NCBI GenBank assembly: GCA_030390025.1 | Contig: CM059431.1 | Span: 110,238,001 to 110,302,000, forward strand | Length of the DNA: 64,000 bases | Origin: Squalus acanthias | Taxonomy: Eukaryota | Direction of reading: 5' to 3' | Shown: one piece after another, positions 1 through 13,218 of the stretch | Layout of the letters: every line of letters begins with the position of its first letter | How positions within the stretch are numbered: position 1 is the first letter of the stretch | Program-made: the position numbers and the translations under genes | Notes under the pieces: model-generated | What the model was told of the DNA's origin: nothing | The model's database searches: none | What the model saw: the letters and a program-made list of their open reading frames with translations, nothing else

Positions 1-535
1 GCCAGAGATGAGAAAGGTTACAGAAATGACCTGGTGTATTGTCTGCCTGTATTATAGGTTGAAAATGTATCATCCATAGTAACGGAAAAATAACTTGTAA
101 CGTGCGATACAGACATCGTAAGCTGCAGTTGTGTTGAGTTTAGTTACTGCCTGTTGCTTTCCTTGGGTTCTTGCATTTCATACCATTTTCCACTCACTCA
201 CTATCATTTTTCTTGGATTTCTAACTTCAATTTTATTCCATTATTTTGGCCTGTCTTTTCCCTGAACCCACTTCCATACCATCTCACAGTAGCAACCATG
301 AGATAGGCATTGTGTAAATTGTATTTCCATTCTTGACACCCCGATAGATTCCACCGTGCAATGCATGAGATATCACACGGTTTCCATTTATGTTCTTGCA
401 CTGATTGAAATACACTCTGAGCTGAGAAGGTTATGCATGGCGCTGAATGCTGTCAGTCATTTAAAGTGAAATGAGATCTTTATTAGTCCTATTGCCTACA
501 GGAGCAGCTACAGTTCGATTTGAATGTACTGTCAG

Positions 536-990
536 TGTCAGCTGTGGCCCAGTGGGTAGCACACTCGCCTCTGAGTCAGAAGGTTATGGGTTCAGTGTCC
601 CACTCCAGGGACTTGAGCACATAATAAAAGCTAGCTGGCACTCCAGCTGAGGGAGTGCTGCACTGTCGGAGATGCCGTCTTTCAGATGAGACGTTAAACT
701 GAGGCCCCGTCTGCTCTCTCAGGTGGATGTAAGAGATCCCATGGCACTATTTCGAAGAAGAGCAGGGGACTTATCACCGATCTGCTGGCCAATATTTATC
801 CCTCAACCAACATAGCAAAAACAGATTATCTGGTCATTATCACATTGCTGTTTGTGGGACCTTGCTGTGTGCAAGTTGGCTGCCACATTACAACAATGAC
901 TCCACTTCAAATAGTACTTCATTGGCTGTAAAGCACTTTGAGACATCTGGTGGTTGTGAAAGGCGCTATATAAATGCAAGTCTTTCTTTA
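536..990 (+). mobile_element. tRNA-derived DeuSINE (SacSINE1-like)
   Basis: tRNA-like head, Deu-like core GCCGTCTTTCAGATGAGACGTTAAAC and tail GGCGCTATATAAATGCAAGTCTTTCTT. Confidence 0.8.
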
Positions 991-1364
991 TACTAGGGAA
1001 TTGGGTAGACAGTTAGCAGAAGAAATTCAATGTAGAAAAATGCAAAATGCTTCACATGGGGGCTAAAAATCTAGGAAGGGACTATTACTTAAATGGAAAG
1101 AAAATAATGTGCATGGAAAATGAAAGGGATCTGGGGGTCCTAATTGACAATAAATTGAAACTATTGCTCAGCAGCAGTGAATAACGCAAACCAGATGTTG
1201 GGATTTATAAAAAGCTCAATATTGAACCGAAATAGCAAGGTGATCCTGCCACTTTATAAATCATTGGTGCAACCACACTTACAATACTGTAAACAGTTCT
1301 GGTTGCCACAGTACAAAAAGGATATGGCAGATATTGAAAGGATATAGAAGCGGGCAATCAGAAT

Positions 1365-1600
1365 TTTTAATTTTTAAAAATTTGTTTATGGGACGTAGGT
1401 GTCGCTGGCAAGGCCAGCATTTATTGCCCATCCCTAATTGCCCTTGAGAAGGTGGTGGTGAGCCACCTTCTTGAACCGCTGCAGTCCGTGTGGTGAAGGT
1501 ACTCCCACAGTGCTGTTAGGGAGGGAGTTCTAGGATTTTGACCCAGCGACGATGAAGGATCGGCGATAAACTTCTAAGTCAGGATGGTGTGTGACTTGAT
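1365..1600 (-). mobile_element. 3' end of a CR1/L2-group LINE
   Basis: The minus strand reads NSLPNSTVGVPSPHGLQRFKKVAHHHLLKGN*, followed by a GGGCAATAAATGCTGGCC tail and A-rich end. Confidence 0.7.
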
Positions 1601-1831
1601 TGATTGAGGGGATGGAGGGATTGGATTATGAGGAGTGATTATGTAAATTGGGCACGCTCTCACTGGAAAAGAGAAGGTTGAGAGGTCATATGATTGCTGT
1701 TTTTCGAATTCTAAAGGGACTAGATTATGTCGACCATGACAAGCTATTTCACCTTGTCCAGAACAGTAGAACCAGAGGACACAGCCTGTGCTTGAAGAGG
1801 GGTAAATTCAAAACTAATCTCTGGAAACAAT

Positions 1832-4527
1832 GGCCCCGATATTTAAGGGGAGGGAGCAGGGGGGCAGGGCGGGGGTTGTGCGTGTCAGCGGCCGGGAAGC
1901 CCGGAAATGTCGGGAATGGGGAGGTCCTGCAGAATTTAACTGCGGGACCTCATTCGAATTTTTTACTCCGTTTCCATTCTGACAGACGTTGCCGGGCAGA
2001 AAAGCCAGTGGTAGAAGTCTGCAGCTGGGGACCAACCCCAGCGGAGAGGATCGTGGGTTTGTAGGGGGTGGTGTGTGGGGGTCAGCTTCACCTCTGACTT
2101 CAGTGAGCGGTTCGAATCGCTCCCACTCCCCTGGTTCTAGACCTTGGACTTATTTGGGGGTCGTGAACAAAAGGTGCAGCAAACAACAGGTTTTGATGAA
2201 AGAACTTTAACTTTTATTCAAGAAAAGGTAAATACAACACAAACAATCTTAAAACATACTTAATACTTAAACACAGGTTGGGGAACACACAGTACAGGCG
2301 AGGGAGAATTACAGTATACAAAACCCCTTATCCCTCCCAATCCCACTGCCTAGCTAGGTTTGATTCCAGAGGACCAGGGATAATGCTCACCAAATGACAG
2401 TTCTCGACAATTGAGGTATTTCACGATTTCGGGGTTCACTGGGGTTTTTGGTTGTTGGGGCCTGCCGTACCCCGGACGTGGTGGAAGACTTCAGCTGCAC
2501 TCCAGGTCAGTTTGGGTCTGTCCGCTGATGCGGTAAGGTGCGTATTGGATTGTATCAGGTGAGTACAGTACCCAATTTTCTTCGTTAGAGGTAGGGTTTA
2601 GAGTTTTTTAAGGAAAAATCTTACCCAGGGGTAAGTCAGGAATAGTTTGTAGCGTGGAAACTTGCGTGTCTTCGGTTTTTCCTGGTGTTGGTCTTTTGGT
2701 GGTCGTGACGGCCTGGTTCGCACCTGGTTGGTCGGTGGCGTTGTGTTGGTTGGTTCGTGGGGCCTTGGTTGCTGCGAGGCGTTTGGGAACCTCTTTCCCA
2801 GTCGGGTCCGTCGATGACCCTCCCTTACTGTGGTGTGTTGTCCTTGCGTGCCTCGGTACTGTTACTAACTTTAAACTGCCTCTCTGGACAGCCTTGAACT
2901 AACTTTTAGTATAGTGTTGTAACAAACCGCACGGCTTGAACAGACACCACCACAGTGTCTCTCGGGTTCCTCGTGTCTTCTTGCCCGTGGCTTTAGGCCT
3001 GCCTGCCTTCCGAAGGTTCTTCTTGTGACTCGTTCCTTGTTGCTTGGCTCTGGTGTCGCCCTCGTGTCGTGTGTGTTGAACCTGTGTGGCTCTCTTTCTT
3101 CGCTTTAGGCCTGCCCTCCTTCGCTTCCTTCTTGGGGGAATAGGCCCCCAATTATACTGTTCAGGTCTATTGTGTTCTTTGCGCCAAAACTGCTTTACTA
3201 ATCGATTTCGTGTTAAAGTGATTTAGGTTTCAGTTGAGGCCTGTTTATCTTCACGCCAAATCTCGCTTCTTTTGTCTTAGGTTTTGGCGGGCTCGTAAGT
3301 CTGATGACTTTAATTTTGTGTTAACTTGTCCTGATGGCTACCGATGTCTTCCATTGAGACAGGGCCTCTTTCTACGCGCCAAATCTCGCTTCTTTTGTCT
3401 TAGGTTTTGGCGGGCTTGTTAAACTGTTCCTGTCGATACTTGGCTAATCGGTTTTGATGGGATGATGGGCTATGAAACTGTGTACTGGAAGTTTTATTGT
3501 TAGGAATTGCTTTCAGACTTCCAGTATCCTGTCTGGACCTGGGGATTTCAAAAGGGGTCTTGGTTTATTCATTTTTGAATGTGTTTGTGAGGTTTTGGAT
3601 GAGGCTCTTCCTCCTTGGTTGGATTGCAGTGCAAACATCTCCCAGACAGCTTGACTTGGTCCCAATACCCAAAAGCTGTCCACTGTCTCACCACACCCCT
3701 TCCCGCAGCCTGTGATTCTGTGACTGCAGGTTTTCCCAATAGCCCTTTTAAAAAGGTATCTTATCATCCAAAGTCATTTTCCTCAGGTTTTTTTCCTTCC
3801 TTGATTCTTTTCAAAATATACTTTGAAACTGAGATTTTGACCTCAAATTCCTTCATTTCGGTCCCACCATTCCAAATTCGTGTAAGATCCAAAAATCACC
3901 CCCTTTAGGGTTCTATTCGAGTTTCTGGGGGATTTTGCGAAGCCTACAGTTGTCGGTCGGGGGGGGGGGGGGGGGGCGCTCGGAGCGTATCAGAGAGATT
4001 GCAGGGGAAAGTGATCATGGGGGGAAGAGATCGTGAGGAGGGAGAGATTGCGGGGTTCTGAAGATCGTGGGGGGGGGCGGTGGGAGAGGGGTGCTGGCCG
4101 ATCGCGTGGAAGGGAGAGATTGCAATGGGTTTGCTTGAGGGGCCAGGGGAAGCAATCCTGGTCTACCGGCCCACAAGCAGCACTGGAAAGCACTCATCTG
4201 CTGGATCTGAAGCTTCCTCCTCCCTTCAGCTGCCAGGTTTCCCAAGCCCTGGGAAACCTGGCTGGCCAGCGTTAAATTCAAATGGCTCCCAAAATCTGAT
4301 GAACGGAGTCCCATTTAAATATTGTGACCATGGACCTGCCTCTCCAGAGCGGGTTACTCAGGCCGACCCCAAACCCACTGCAATTAAACTGGAAGTAGGC
4401 ACGTTTGAGGCGGGTTGGGGTCGGGGGGGAGGGGTCGGGGGGGGTAAATTGGTGAAAATGACCCTCTCCCGCCTGTCATTAGGGGGAGGGGTGGGGGGCG
4501 GGGGGAGGTGGTGGTTAAAATTACCCC
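1832..4527. mobile_element. Harbinger-like non-autonomous element with a nested LTR-like insertion
   Basis: It interrupts the CR1 reading frame precisely. AAT is duplicated at 1829-1831 and 4528-4530, and the ends (GGCCCCGATATTTAA, TTAAAATTACCCC) are loosely inverted. Confidence 0.6.
2060..3948 (-). mobile_element. Probable solo LTR (~1.9 kb)
   Basis: Termini TGTAGG...CCTACA, minus-strand AATAAA at ~2213-2218 (~150 nt from the end), a 40-bp internal duplication and no coding similarity that I recognise. Confidence 0.55.
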
Positions 4528-4772
4528 AATATTTCAGTGAGCGTGCGGTTAATCTATGGGACAGGCTCCCTAAGGAGACAGTGGAAGCAGCTAGTGTTGA
4601 TTAATTAAAATGTAAATTAGATCGATTTCTTTCACAAAATAATATTTTGGGATACAGTATATGGGTAATCTGAGACATAACATGTCGTAAGCGTAGCAGG
4701 CTGGGGAGGAACAGGTGACTTTGGACATGTGGTTTCCAAAGCTCTCCAGCATGGGGTTTTCCTCACCTCATT

Positions 4773-5064
4773 AAAAAAAAGACAAAAAAAAAAGGTTAAA
4801 AGCTCAACTGCAGACGGCAGGATTTGACACGTTGGACCCCCTGTGACCCATCTCATTGTCTTGGCTGTGCTCTGGTGTGTCTTTGATATAATGCCTCCCT
4901 GAAAGATTGTATCTCTGCAGACAAATGGCTTTCTGTGTTTATATACTGTGTAATACTGTAGATTCCCTCATTGTACCTTTACCTGACGAAGGGGCAACAG
5001 CTCTGAAAGCTTGTAATTTTAAATAAATCTGTTGGACTATAACCTGGTGTTGTGCGACTTCTCA
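4773..5064 (+). mobile_element. Penelope-like 3' fragment (pLTR) with hammerhead motif
   Basis: Shares sequence with 26581-26880 and contains CTGACGA...GAAAGCTT at 4983-5012. CTCATT is present at both junctions. Confidence 0.7.
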
Positions 5065-6594
5065 TTTGGGCCTATTCTAGACTAATTTATAGAGATTGAT
5101 TGCTATGATTGGTCAACAACTCCATTATCATTGTACCACGCGACTACCAGGATGGTAGGAGGTGAACTAGAGGGACCTTGGTCTTTTTTCATCTAGTAAT
5201 TCCTATGTTCCGACCCTCCTCTCTGATGCTTTGTACTTTTTATCTTTATGGTTGCAAAATAATTTCAGAAATGTAATATTAATTTTTATTATCTATATTG
5301 GAATTTTGCAGAATAGAATTTGCAATGAACTGCAAAACATAGCTTATATTAATTGTGATTCTGATGTACACTTTAATATATCTTGTGATCCTTGTTCTTG
5401 ATGTTATAAAGAACTCACAAACTTTATATGCAAACTCTATTGGAATCATACAGCTTGAAGTAAGGTCAGTAAAGTAAGGAATATTAAATGTCAGAGTTCA
5501 GGCAGACTTAGATTTAATAGCATGAGATATGGACTTAAGAGAAGAAATTTAATCAGTGGTCTGTTAATCAGTAAGGTATATTTTAATGAATAAAGCAAAC
5601 ATTTAAGTTTAAGAAAGTAACCTTTAATTTTTATAGGATAGGAATGTCTGTGGGATTTGTCAAAGGTCCAGTAACTACAACTTTTGGATGGAAAAAATTG
5701 TGTAGTAAGTTAAGGAAATGTACTGGCAGGGTTGAAGTAGAATTTAATTCTATATCCAGTATGCTGGCACCTTGCCAAACCAGCAAGGTTCCAATATACT
5801 GCATACCAACTTGCATTTTCCACATTTCGAGAGTGGCACAATGGAACTACATGACCTCATGCCTGTCATTGCGTATGTGCCACTGATTGGAAAAAGAAAA
5901 TTCTTCTGGTCATTTTATTGGTAAATGTAGAAGCATATAAAAACACTTCATATTTTTGTTAATAATATACAAAGGAGACAGAAGATCCAAGCAATAGCTG
6001 AGGATGCCTGATCAAGATGGTAACTGTGAGTGCTGAGATGGAAGTTAAAACGTGCGCGACCTCAAAAATAGCAACAATGCTGCCACCATTAACTACAGAC
6101 ATAGCCCGGAATGACAGAGAGTAGGAACTCTGGTACATACTTCAAAGATCCATGCTAGACTAAGGCAGCGGGTTGAAGCAAGTTAAGGGGCTTGACGTTG
6201 ATAGTCATTTCATTAAGATGCTGAGAGACCGATGTCAGTGAGCTGTCTGCCTGTATTTAATCTGCTGAATCTAGCTCCCTTACCCTGGCAGAAAAAAATG
6301 ATAGATTCAGTTTTTCATGAGCCTGCTACCGGGATAGGGAAGCGAGCACGTGGGCACTGGTCTCCAGGCATCCGAACTGAAAAAAGCTCCTATTAAAGAG
6401 CACACATTCTCACACTGAGTAACTCCAATCCAAAATGTAGAGAAGTGCATAGGCGATGTGTTCGGAATACATAAAACTAGTGCTAATAGATTGGCAACAA
6501 CTACCAAGGTTTCTCAGAACTGCACCGTCGGAGGTTTCATCTTTGGCTGCCGTGTTTCCTACATTACAACAGTGACTACAGTTCAAAAGTACTT

Positions 6595-7320
6595 TGAGGA
6601 GACCAAACGCAGATTGGGTGACCGCTTTACGGAACACCTCCGTTCAGTCCGTAAGGGTGACCCCGAGCTTCCGGTCGCCTGTCACTTTAATTCTCCGCTC
6701 CACTCCCACTCTGACCTCTCCGTCCTCAGCCTCTTACACTGTTCCAATGAAGCTCAACGTAAGATTGAGGAACAGCACCTCATCTTTCAATTAGGCACTT
6801 TACAACCTTCTGGACTCAACATCGAGTTCAACAATTTCAGACCATAACCTCTGCCCCTATTCATTTTTTTCATTTTTTTTCTCTCTCTCTCACATGGCAG
6901 CTGTTGATGATTCTGCCATTGCCATTTGCACTTCATCTAGAGTCATCTTTTGTTTCTTAACTTGTCCCATTACCATCTTCTTTTGCCTTGCACCATCATC
7001 CCTTTTGTCTCTTAATCTCTCCTGCCTTCCAACCTATCACAGACCTTCCCTTGTGTTCTTTCCTCCCCTCCCCCCTTTTCCCTGCCCCTTACACTTGCTT
7101 AAAAACCTGTTCCATCTCCAACTTTTTCCAGTTCTGACGAAGGGTCATCGACCTGAAACGTTAACTCTGTTTCTCTTTTCACAGATGCTGCCTGAGCCTG
7201 TGGATTGGTGTCAAATTTGTTGTCTTAAAATACTCCTGTGCAGCGCCTTGCGACGTTTTACTACGTTGTTGTTGTTGTTGACCTGCTGAGTATTTCCAGC
7301 AATTTCTGTTTTTATTTCAG
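6595..7320 (+). mobile_element. Penelope-like element 3' part (GIY-YIG C-terminus plus hammerhead), inserted in a DeuSINE
   Basis: ETKRRLGDRFTEHLRSV...PVACHFNS...EEQHLIFQLGTLQPSGLNIEF. TSD AAGTACTT at 6587-6594 and 7321-7328. Confidence 0.85.
7130..7166 (+). ncRNA. Minimal hammerhead ribozyme motif (Penelope type)
   Basis: AGTT-CTGACGA-A-GGGTC-atc-GACCT-GAAA-CGTT-AACT: intact core, stem II, palindromic ACGT and stem I (AGTT/AACT). Confidence 0.65.
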
Positions 7321-8217
7321 AAGTACTTCATTGGCTGTAAAGTACTTTGGGACATCCTGAGGTCATGAAAGGTGCCGATATAAATTCAAGTCTTTCTTTC
7401 TTCCCTCCCTGTAAAGGTCTGCAGCAGGGGAACTGAGAGTCACTTCAAGAATAAAGGAGAAAGAGAGATGGTTTGACACAGCAGTCAGTTGATGCAGCTA
7501 AGATTTTTCAAAGAAGTATCCACCAAAATTCCTTCCCGAGTTTGAGGAGATGGCAGGTCTTCTCCAACATATAGTAATATCCTAATTCCCTCCGCGTGGC
7601 ATTTAAATTATTCATTCCGTGGGGAAGTGATCTAAATACACACATCCTCAGATCCATTTGAGGCTAATTGCTGAGGAAAGTTTCGATAGATTGGCAACTG
7701 CTTGTAAATCCTTGATCTTTACTGTTGGAGATGCTAGAAAAACACAGCTTTCTTTTTCTTTATACTTCTGACAATTAGAAGTGTGGTGTCCGAATGTGAT
7801 CGAAGCACACTAGAGGCAAGACATTTTTACTATTATATATAATCAGGTTGTTAGTCCCATTAAAATACTAGAGGCTCTACCATCAATCCAGGGCAATTAG
7901 CGCACTGTTGTATACTAAGTATTTGTTGTTGCACGGTGGTGAGAAATATGAGTACCACATATTTAATAATGCATAATTATTTAATTCATAAGAACCTATT
8001 CATTAAAAGGAGATAGAACCACCAGCAAGTGTGCCGATCAATTATTGCTTATTCTTATGCTTCATGCTTGAAGACTTCTGGTAGACTTCCCATCTTCAGC
8101 AAAGATTTACTTCTCCTATGCTGAGAAAATTGCCCTGTCATTATTGGGTAATTCTACATAATCTGCTTCCAGGATACTTCTGTCTAAGAGCTTAATACAT
8201 CAAAGACAGGAACAAGG

Positions 8218-8446
8218 CATAGAATCATAGAATCATAGAATGGTTACAGGGCAGAAGGAGGCCATTTGGCCCATCGAGCCCGTGCCGGCTCTCTGCAAGA
8301 GCACTTCAGCTAGTCCCACTCCCCCGCCCTTTCCCTGTAGTCCTGCAAATGTTTTTCCTTTGGGTACTTATCCAATTCCCTTTTGAAAGCCACGATTGAA
8401 TCTGCCTCCACCACCCTTTCAGGCAGTGCATTCCAGATCCTAACCA
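8218..8446 (-). mobile_element. CR1 3' end
   Basis: [27 protein letters not shown] plus a (TTCTATGA)n tail. Confidence 0.85.
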
Positions 8447-9420
8447 TGGCTGCGGGATCACTGACAAGTGCGCTCATATTCCCTTTTAGTAGCATTTGAG
8501 GACTGTTTCAAATTCAGATGAATATGGTTCTCTTTTAATGTTGAAAGGGTTAAACTGATGCCATTTTTATGGTGGAGTTTCACACACATTTACTGAAGTT
8601 GTAAGAGGAAAGAACAGTAGAACCTGTGCAACAGTCCATTAAAAAGCATTTGCCTTATAAAGTGCATGTTGTTTAGACTAAATTGTACCTTGGTTATACC
8701 ATGTTAAAATATTTATCACTTTCCCATTAATCACTGACATGTTCTTGCAATTCCAATAACCACAAGTATGCACATATTGGTTATAATGCAATCTTTTAGT
8801 TCAATTTGTGAAATTGCATTAGCTGCACGGTTTTGAACAACATGCTAAAGTTTTAATAAACTGAGTAAACAACATGAATTCATTCATTACTTTATATCTA
8901 TGTTCAGAAGGCGTGCTATTTCAACAGACAAATAAAATAAGTACTGAAAAAAACTTTAGAAAAATGTCATGTGTCCCCCCTCCACCGGCCTCTTAAATTT
9001 TCCCTCCTCTTGAAGGCACTTACAGTAATACAATTGCATGCTTGCTGACTACTTTCCAGTACCTTATCCAAGTGACCATTCTTCATGGGTAAGCTTCGAG
9101 CTATTCAAATCATGTGCACATCACTTCCAGACCTGGTCCTGTCTTCCCCAGCATCTACAACCACGCCTTCCAACTACCATTAGGAACCCCCTGGATTTCT
9201 GTTCACTCCAGTTTTGGGGCGTGAAGGCCAATTATGCCCCACCGCTGCTGAAGAACGAGAGCTACCCATGGCACATGACACCTTATAAATCTTAAACTGG
9301 TCATAGAGTGAATGTGGGGAGTCTTCTTTATGAATATAATCATAAAAGGCAAGACTTGCAAAGAATAGTTAGAAGAAATGCTAAATACAGAAATCCAAAT
9401 GAAATATTATACACTTTTCA

Positions 9421-10173
9421 TATATTGGCCCAAAAATTCGTGAGGAAGCCTTCATGCGAGGGTAAGGCCTCCCCGCGATCTCTCACTGCGCGTTGGCTTT
9501 TTCAGTTCCAGCTCGCACGAACTTGATGTTCTGGACAGCTGCTGTGCTGGGCTTGCGTATCCCACCGGTGTAGTTAATTCGTGCGAGCTGTGGGATCACG
9601 TGACTCAGTTAGAGCCAATGGCAGCACACCATCTTCCATTCATAACTTTCACATAAGTGCTGTGAAAGCTATGAATCTATAGCCCCCCAAAATAACAGCT
9701 AAGCCTCAATTAAATTAAAAAAAAACCATCACATTAATAAAATAAGTATAGTTAAATAAATTAACCATTTTAAATAAAAAATTAAATTTTTGAAAAAATT
9801 TAAAATCTTTTAAAAGGTTATAAAAATAAACTTACCTGTCTTTAAAGTCTCTAAAAAAGATATACCTGTTTAAAAAAATTCAAAATAATACTTAATTCAC
9901 TACTTACCTTGTTAAAAGTGGGTCTTACTCCTCCTTTTTTTATGTGTAGAATCTTCCGTACTTACCTGCGCGTTGAAACCACTAAGTGCACAGCGTGCGC
10001 GCAGCCTGTAGCGCGCACGCGGTTCACCTAGGACCCGCCCCCTTTTCCATTCACCAAGTGCCGGTTTTCAGCGCATGCGCAGTGCATGCAGAAAACCGGC
10101 AATTGGAGACAGAATACGCGAGAGTACGCAGTGCGTACTCTCGCGTAGCGGCACTAATTTTTGGGCCAATATA
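9421..10173. mobile_element. MITE with perfect 18-bp terminal inverted repeats
   Basis: TATATTGGCCCAAAAATT (9421-9438) and AATTTTTGGGCCAATATA (10156-10173), with an AT-rich core. Confidence 0.75.
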
Positions 10174-11095
10174 TTGTAGACATAGATGCATTTGTAACAC
10201 ATAAGTAAGTGTTTATTTCACACTGCAAAGTGGCATTTATACAAAAGTACATTTGTGACCTCCATATCAATCGGAAAATACTTCCGTTCCCCCCCTCCCC
10301 TCCCACCGAGATGGAGTCTTGTGAAAACAACTCTCCTGCGACCTGAGATACCTGACCAGGAGCACTTGGATCAGCAAGAACTCCTAAGGTATTGTTGGTG
10401 TTTATCTGAAAGATGCCAATGGGTCTGGTTGCAGATCTGTTGAATCAGCTAACACTTTGATGTGCTTGCTCCCACCTCTTGACAAACCATTCCCTAATCA
10501 TCTGTACACCATGTGCTATTGCCTTTGCAAATATTTGATCCACTTAGAGCGGAATTATGCATAACATCTTTAGTGTTGCTGTGAAAAAAGGACCAATGGC
10601 AGATCAAATGTATCTCCAGACCTAACTGTCTAACCCCAGCACCTGAAGGTTTCAGCATTAAACTGCCGATCACTGATCGTAGGGTGAATGTGGTCTTCTG
10701 TAGTTCGAGATCCAAAGTGCAAAGCTTAGGGGGCCAAGAGGAGGGAAAACGTAAGCTTTTATAAAATCATTCTGCATTGGGATTTAGTTTTAAAACTAAC
10801 AAAAAAAAATTAATGGAGCTGCTATGTGCTGTGATGTCCTGATGTATTCTACCAACCTAATCCCCATTAGTTCAGATAAAGGTGTGATCGGAGCCTCCAA
10901 ATCCAAACTGAATTCAGCAACAATTTGCTCCCAAGTTACATGATGGAGTTTGAGTGGAGCCTACGTTCAGGCCATAAGGAAGGCATTCTCTTATCTTGCT
11001 TGTGGTTTTCTCTAACGAGAATCATACACTTTCTAAATAATTTCCAACTTCACTCGTGTTCCCTCAACTGCTTTAATGTATTTATAACCCTTTCT

Positions 11096-11618
11096 TGAGG
11101 TCATCCAAGACTCGGCTGCCCGTGTCCTAACCCGCACCAAGTCCCGTTCACCCATCACCCCTCTGCTCACTGACCGACATTGGCTCCCGGTTAAGCAGCG
11201 CCTCGATTTCAAAATTCTCATCCTTGTTTTCAAATCCCTCCATGGCCTCCCCCCTCCCTATCTCTGTAATCTCCTTCAGCCCCACAACGCCCCGAGATAT
11301 CTGCACTCCTCTAATTCTGCCCTCTTGAGCATCCCTGATTATTATTGCTCAACCATTGGTGGTCGTACTTTCTGTTGCCTAGGCCCCAAGCTCTGGAATT
11401 CCCTCCTTAAACCTCTCTGCCTCTCTACCTCTCTTTCCTCCTTTAAGACGCTCCTTAAAACCTACCTCTTTGACCAAGCTTTTGGTCACCTGCCCTAATT
11501 TATCCTTATGTGGCTCGGTGTCAAATCTTTTGTCTTAAAATACTCCTGTGCAGCGCCTTGGACGTTTTACTACATTAAAGGCGCTATATAAATACAAGTT
11601 GTTGTTGTTGTTGTTGTT
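11096..11618 (+). mobile_element. L2-clade LINE 3' end
   Basis: IQDSAARVL...SPITP...HWLP...LWNSLP, then the tail GGCGCTATATAAATACAA(GTT)n. Confidence 0.85.
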
Positions 11619-12884
11619 TCTTGAATTGTTTGTTTCCCCATAATTATCTCACTTAGAGCGGAAACTGAGCAGCAAAGTTGTGTTGAATGGAAAATATTGA
11701 ATGTCACGGTTTTAATTTCAACTTGTTTTGTGATTGCATTTATATTCTTCCAAGGATGAATACTTTCAAGGCAAACAAAAGGAAGGGACCCCAACAGTTG
11801 GAGTGCTATCTGTAGGTTGATCTGTCTTATTGCCTGGGACTTGGGTATTTCCCCCCTCCCCCAGATTTGCAATTATGATTGAAGAACACAAACATTTTGA
11901 TCTTGAGCTTGTTCCGATAGCTTTGTTGCACTGGATGCCATTATAACTTGATGTCTTTGTGGAACACAGTCCCATCTGGAAATTATTTTTGTCTTTTCAA
12001 AGACTACTGTTTACCATTACTACAATTTATTTTAAGTACTTTAGAAAAGAAACCATATGACTGCAATTGCCATTGATGTCAGCATGTGGTGAAATTTGCT
12101 CGAGAGAGAGAAGGAGGAGAAGAAGATGGGGAATGTGCTGCTCACCACTGGTATCCTCTTCCCCATGCACACCACCATCCTCTCTGGGCCCCAGGAGCCC
12201 AAACAATCTGACGTCGCTCAGTCGCCTATTGCTAACAGATATTGTGATCCTTCTCAGTCTCCAGATAGACTCCACCTCTGCTATAGCACTCTCTTTATGA
12301 GACTTTTTTTTTTAGTAATAATGCAGCATCTTCCGTGATTATATTTTAAAGCTGAGTTTTTTAAAATCTTGCTGAACTTCATTTTTTCCCGAACTAATTC
12401 CCTCCTGCTCCTTTCTCTCAGCATAACTAAGGCCTATACTAATGCTTTTAAAATGAATAGCGATAGGGCATCCTGATGGCTCAGTGGGTAACTGCACCAC
12501 GTGCTCTGGCTACACAGGCCAAGAAGGTCCCAAATTTGATCCTTTGTTTGCATTGAGTTGTCTGTCCTTTGACCAAAGCAGCAGAACCCAACCTCATAAT
12601 TGTAGTGCTTACTTAGAATGTCTGCATTGTTTTAAAAGCTATCTGACTTGCAGCTTTTGAATAATGTACTTTACTTTTTTAAGAAAAGGTTATTTGCTAG
12701 CAGAAATCCAAAGTTATTTTTTTATAAATAAGCACCAACAGAGGGTAAAAAAGCCAATCACATTTGTTTTAATGGATCACACAGCTGAGAGGGCCAGTAA
12801 GCGACCTGTTCCTAATCCTTTACCACTGTCATCAGTCTCTGTCACAAGAAAGCTAGGATGAGTCTTCCTCTGATTATATGACTT

Positions 12885-13218
12885 TAAAAAAATATATGTT
12901 TTGGATGTGGGCAACACCAGAAAGGTAGTGGTTATTGCCCATCCCTAGTTGTCCTGAAGGTATTAAGAATCAACCATATCGTGTAGGACTGGAGTTAAAT
13001 GTAGGCCAGACTGGGCAGCAGGTTCCCTTCTCTGAATGACATTTCTGAATTAGTTAGGGTTTTACAATGAACCAGCAGTTTTATAGTAATTTTTCTGGAT
13101 ACTAGCCCACAAATTATCAGATTTATTGAATCCAATTTTGCAATTTGCCATGGTGGGATTCTGAACTTATGACCTGTGGGTTGCTAGCCCAGTATGATAA
13201 CCACTAGGATACCATAGT
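12885..13218 (-). mobile_element. tRNA-derived SINE sharing its 3' tail with the LINE at 1365-1600
   Basis: tRNA-like head on the minus strand, with tail GGGATGGGCAATAA...CCCACATCC and polyA. Confidence 0.55.

Larger units (their letters stand above)
994..5210 (+). mobile_element. Old CR1 3' fragment split by four nested insertions
   Basis: The peptide LSLEKRRLRG...KTNLWKQ (ends 1831) continues as YFSERAVNLWDRLP (from ~4531). The 3' UTR resumes after 5064 and ends in a cctatgttcc-like tail. Confidence 0.75.

Noticed and set aside
536..620. tRNA-like sequences here and at other SINE heads
   Set aside because: Each continues into a SINE body, so they are not stand-alone tRNA genes.
12027..12338. 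Cluster of overlapping short ORFs as a possible exon
   Set aside because: No recognisable protein similarity or convincing splice-site pair.
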